This document shows positions 31,908-32,000 of a stretch of DNA of 32,000 nucleotides, in pieces. The notes under the pieces were generated by a model. It was not told the origin of the DNA, made no database searches, and saw nothing but the letters and a program-made list of their open reading frames with translations. Position 1 is the first letter of the stretch. Every line of letters begins with the position of its first letter. This DNA is from Pseudodesulfovibrio mercurii (GTDB lineage: Bacteria; Desulfobacterota; Desulfovibrionia; Desulfovibrionales; Desulfovibrionaceae). The position numbers were made by a program, and so were the translations under genes. Location: contig NC_016803.1 of NCBI RefSeq assembly GCF_000189295.2, forward strand, positions 870,001-902,000, in the 5' to 3' direction.

Positions 31908-32000
31908 TTACGCCTCCTTCTCCGCCGCGGCCGGGACGGCCTCGGTCTTGTGGGCAGGCGCGGAGAGTTCCGTGGCCTGCGCCTTGAGCCGGGCGAGAAG
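31908..32000 (-). CDS. 3' end of the preceding nuo-operon gene (NuoI-like by position only), partial
   Basis: Open frame ...LLARLKAQATELSAPAHKTEAVPAAAEKEA, then TAA at 31908-31910, 1 nt before the nuoJ ATG. Identity cannot be read from these 30 residues. Confidence 0.3.
   Translation of the reverse strand, partial: LLARLKAQATELSAPAHKTEAVPAAAEKEA

Overview
GC-rich (about 60-65% by eye) chromosomal window with tightly packed operons. The gene content looks like a sulfate-reducing deltaproteobacterium of the Desulfovibrio or Pseudodesulfovibrio type; that assignment is inference from gene content. All family calls come from motifs read in the translated ORFs, with no database search. CDS coordinates include the stop codon. 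Content in order: (1) the end of an Opp/Dpp-type ABC transporter; (2) a CoA-disulfide/persulfide-reductase-like flavoprotein with a rhodanese tail, then a PLP aminotransferase; (3) an orphan periplasmic binding protein; (4) an unlisted 56-aa small ORF; (5) a two-subunit class I fumarase next to frdCAB, a Wolinella-type fumarate reductase; (6) a 902-aa M16 lipoprotein peptidase; (7) a TetR-controlled cassette (AhpD/CMD-like, short YbjQ-like, DUF2238); (8) an aroK-trkH-trkA-aroC string; (9) a YchF-like ATPase; (10) a small ferredoxin; (11) a minus-strand trio of flavodoxin-like/2x[4Fe-4S] protein, degenerate HsdR-N-like protein and a membrane protein that appears frameshifted; (12) the distal half of a Nuo-type membrane arm. 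I saw no rRNA, tRNA, CRISPR array, transposase or integrase. Points most worth a second look: the Nuo arm carries four antiporter-like subunits plus an inserted 87-aa membrane protein; a structured intergenic repeat family has at least five copies whose hairpin arms covary; a perfect 28-bp inverted pair brackets 7.4 kb; a promoter-plus-terminator unit upstream of the aminotransferase looks like an sRNA or attenuator; a Fur-box-like palindrome sits on the ferredoxin promoter; a near-consensus sigma-54 promoter lies upstream of the binding protein gene. Many long ORFs in the track are antisense artefacts of the high GC content and were rejected.
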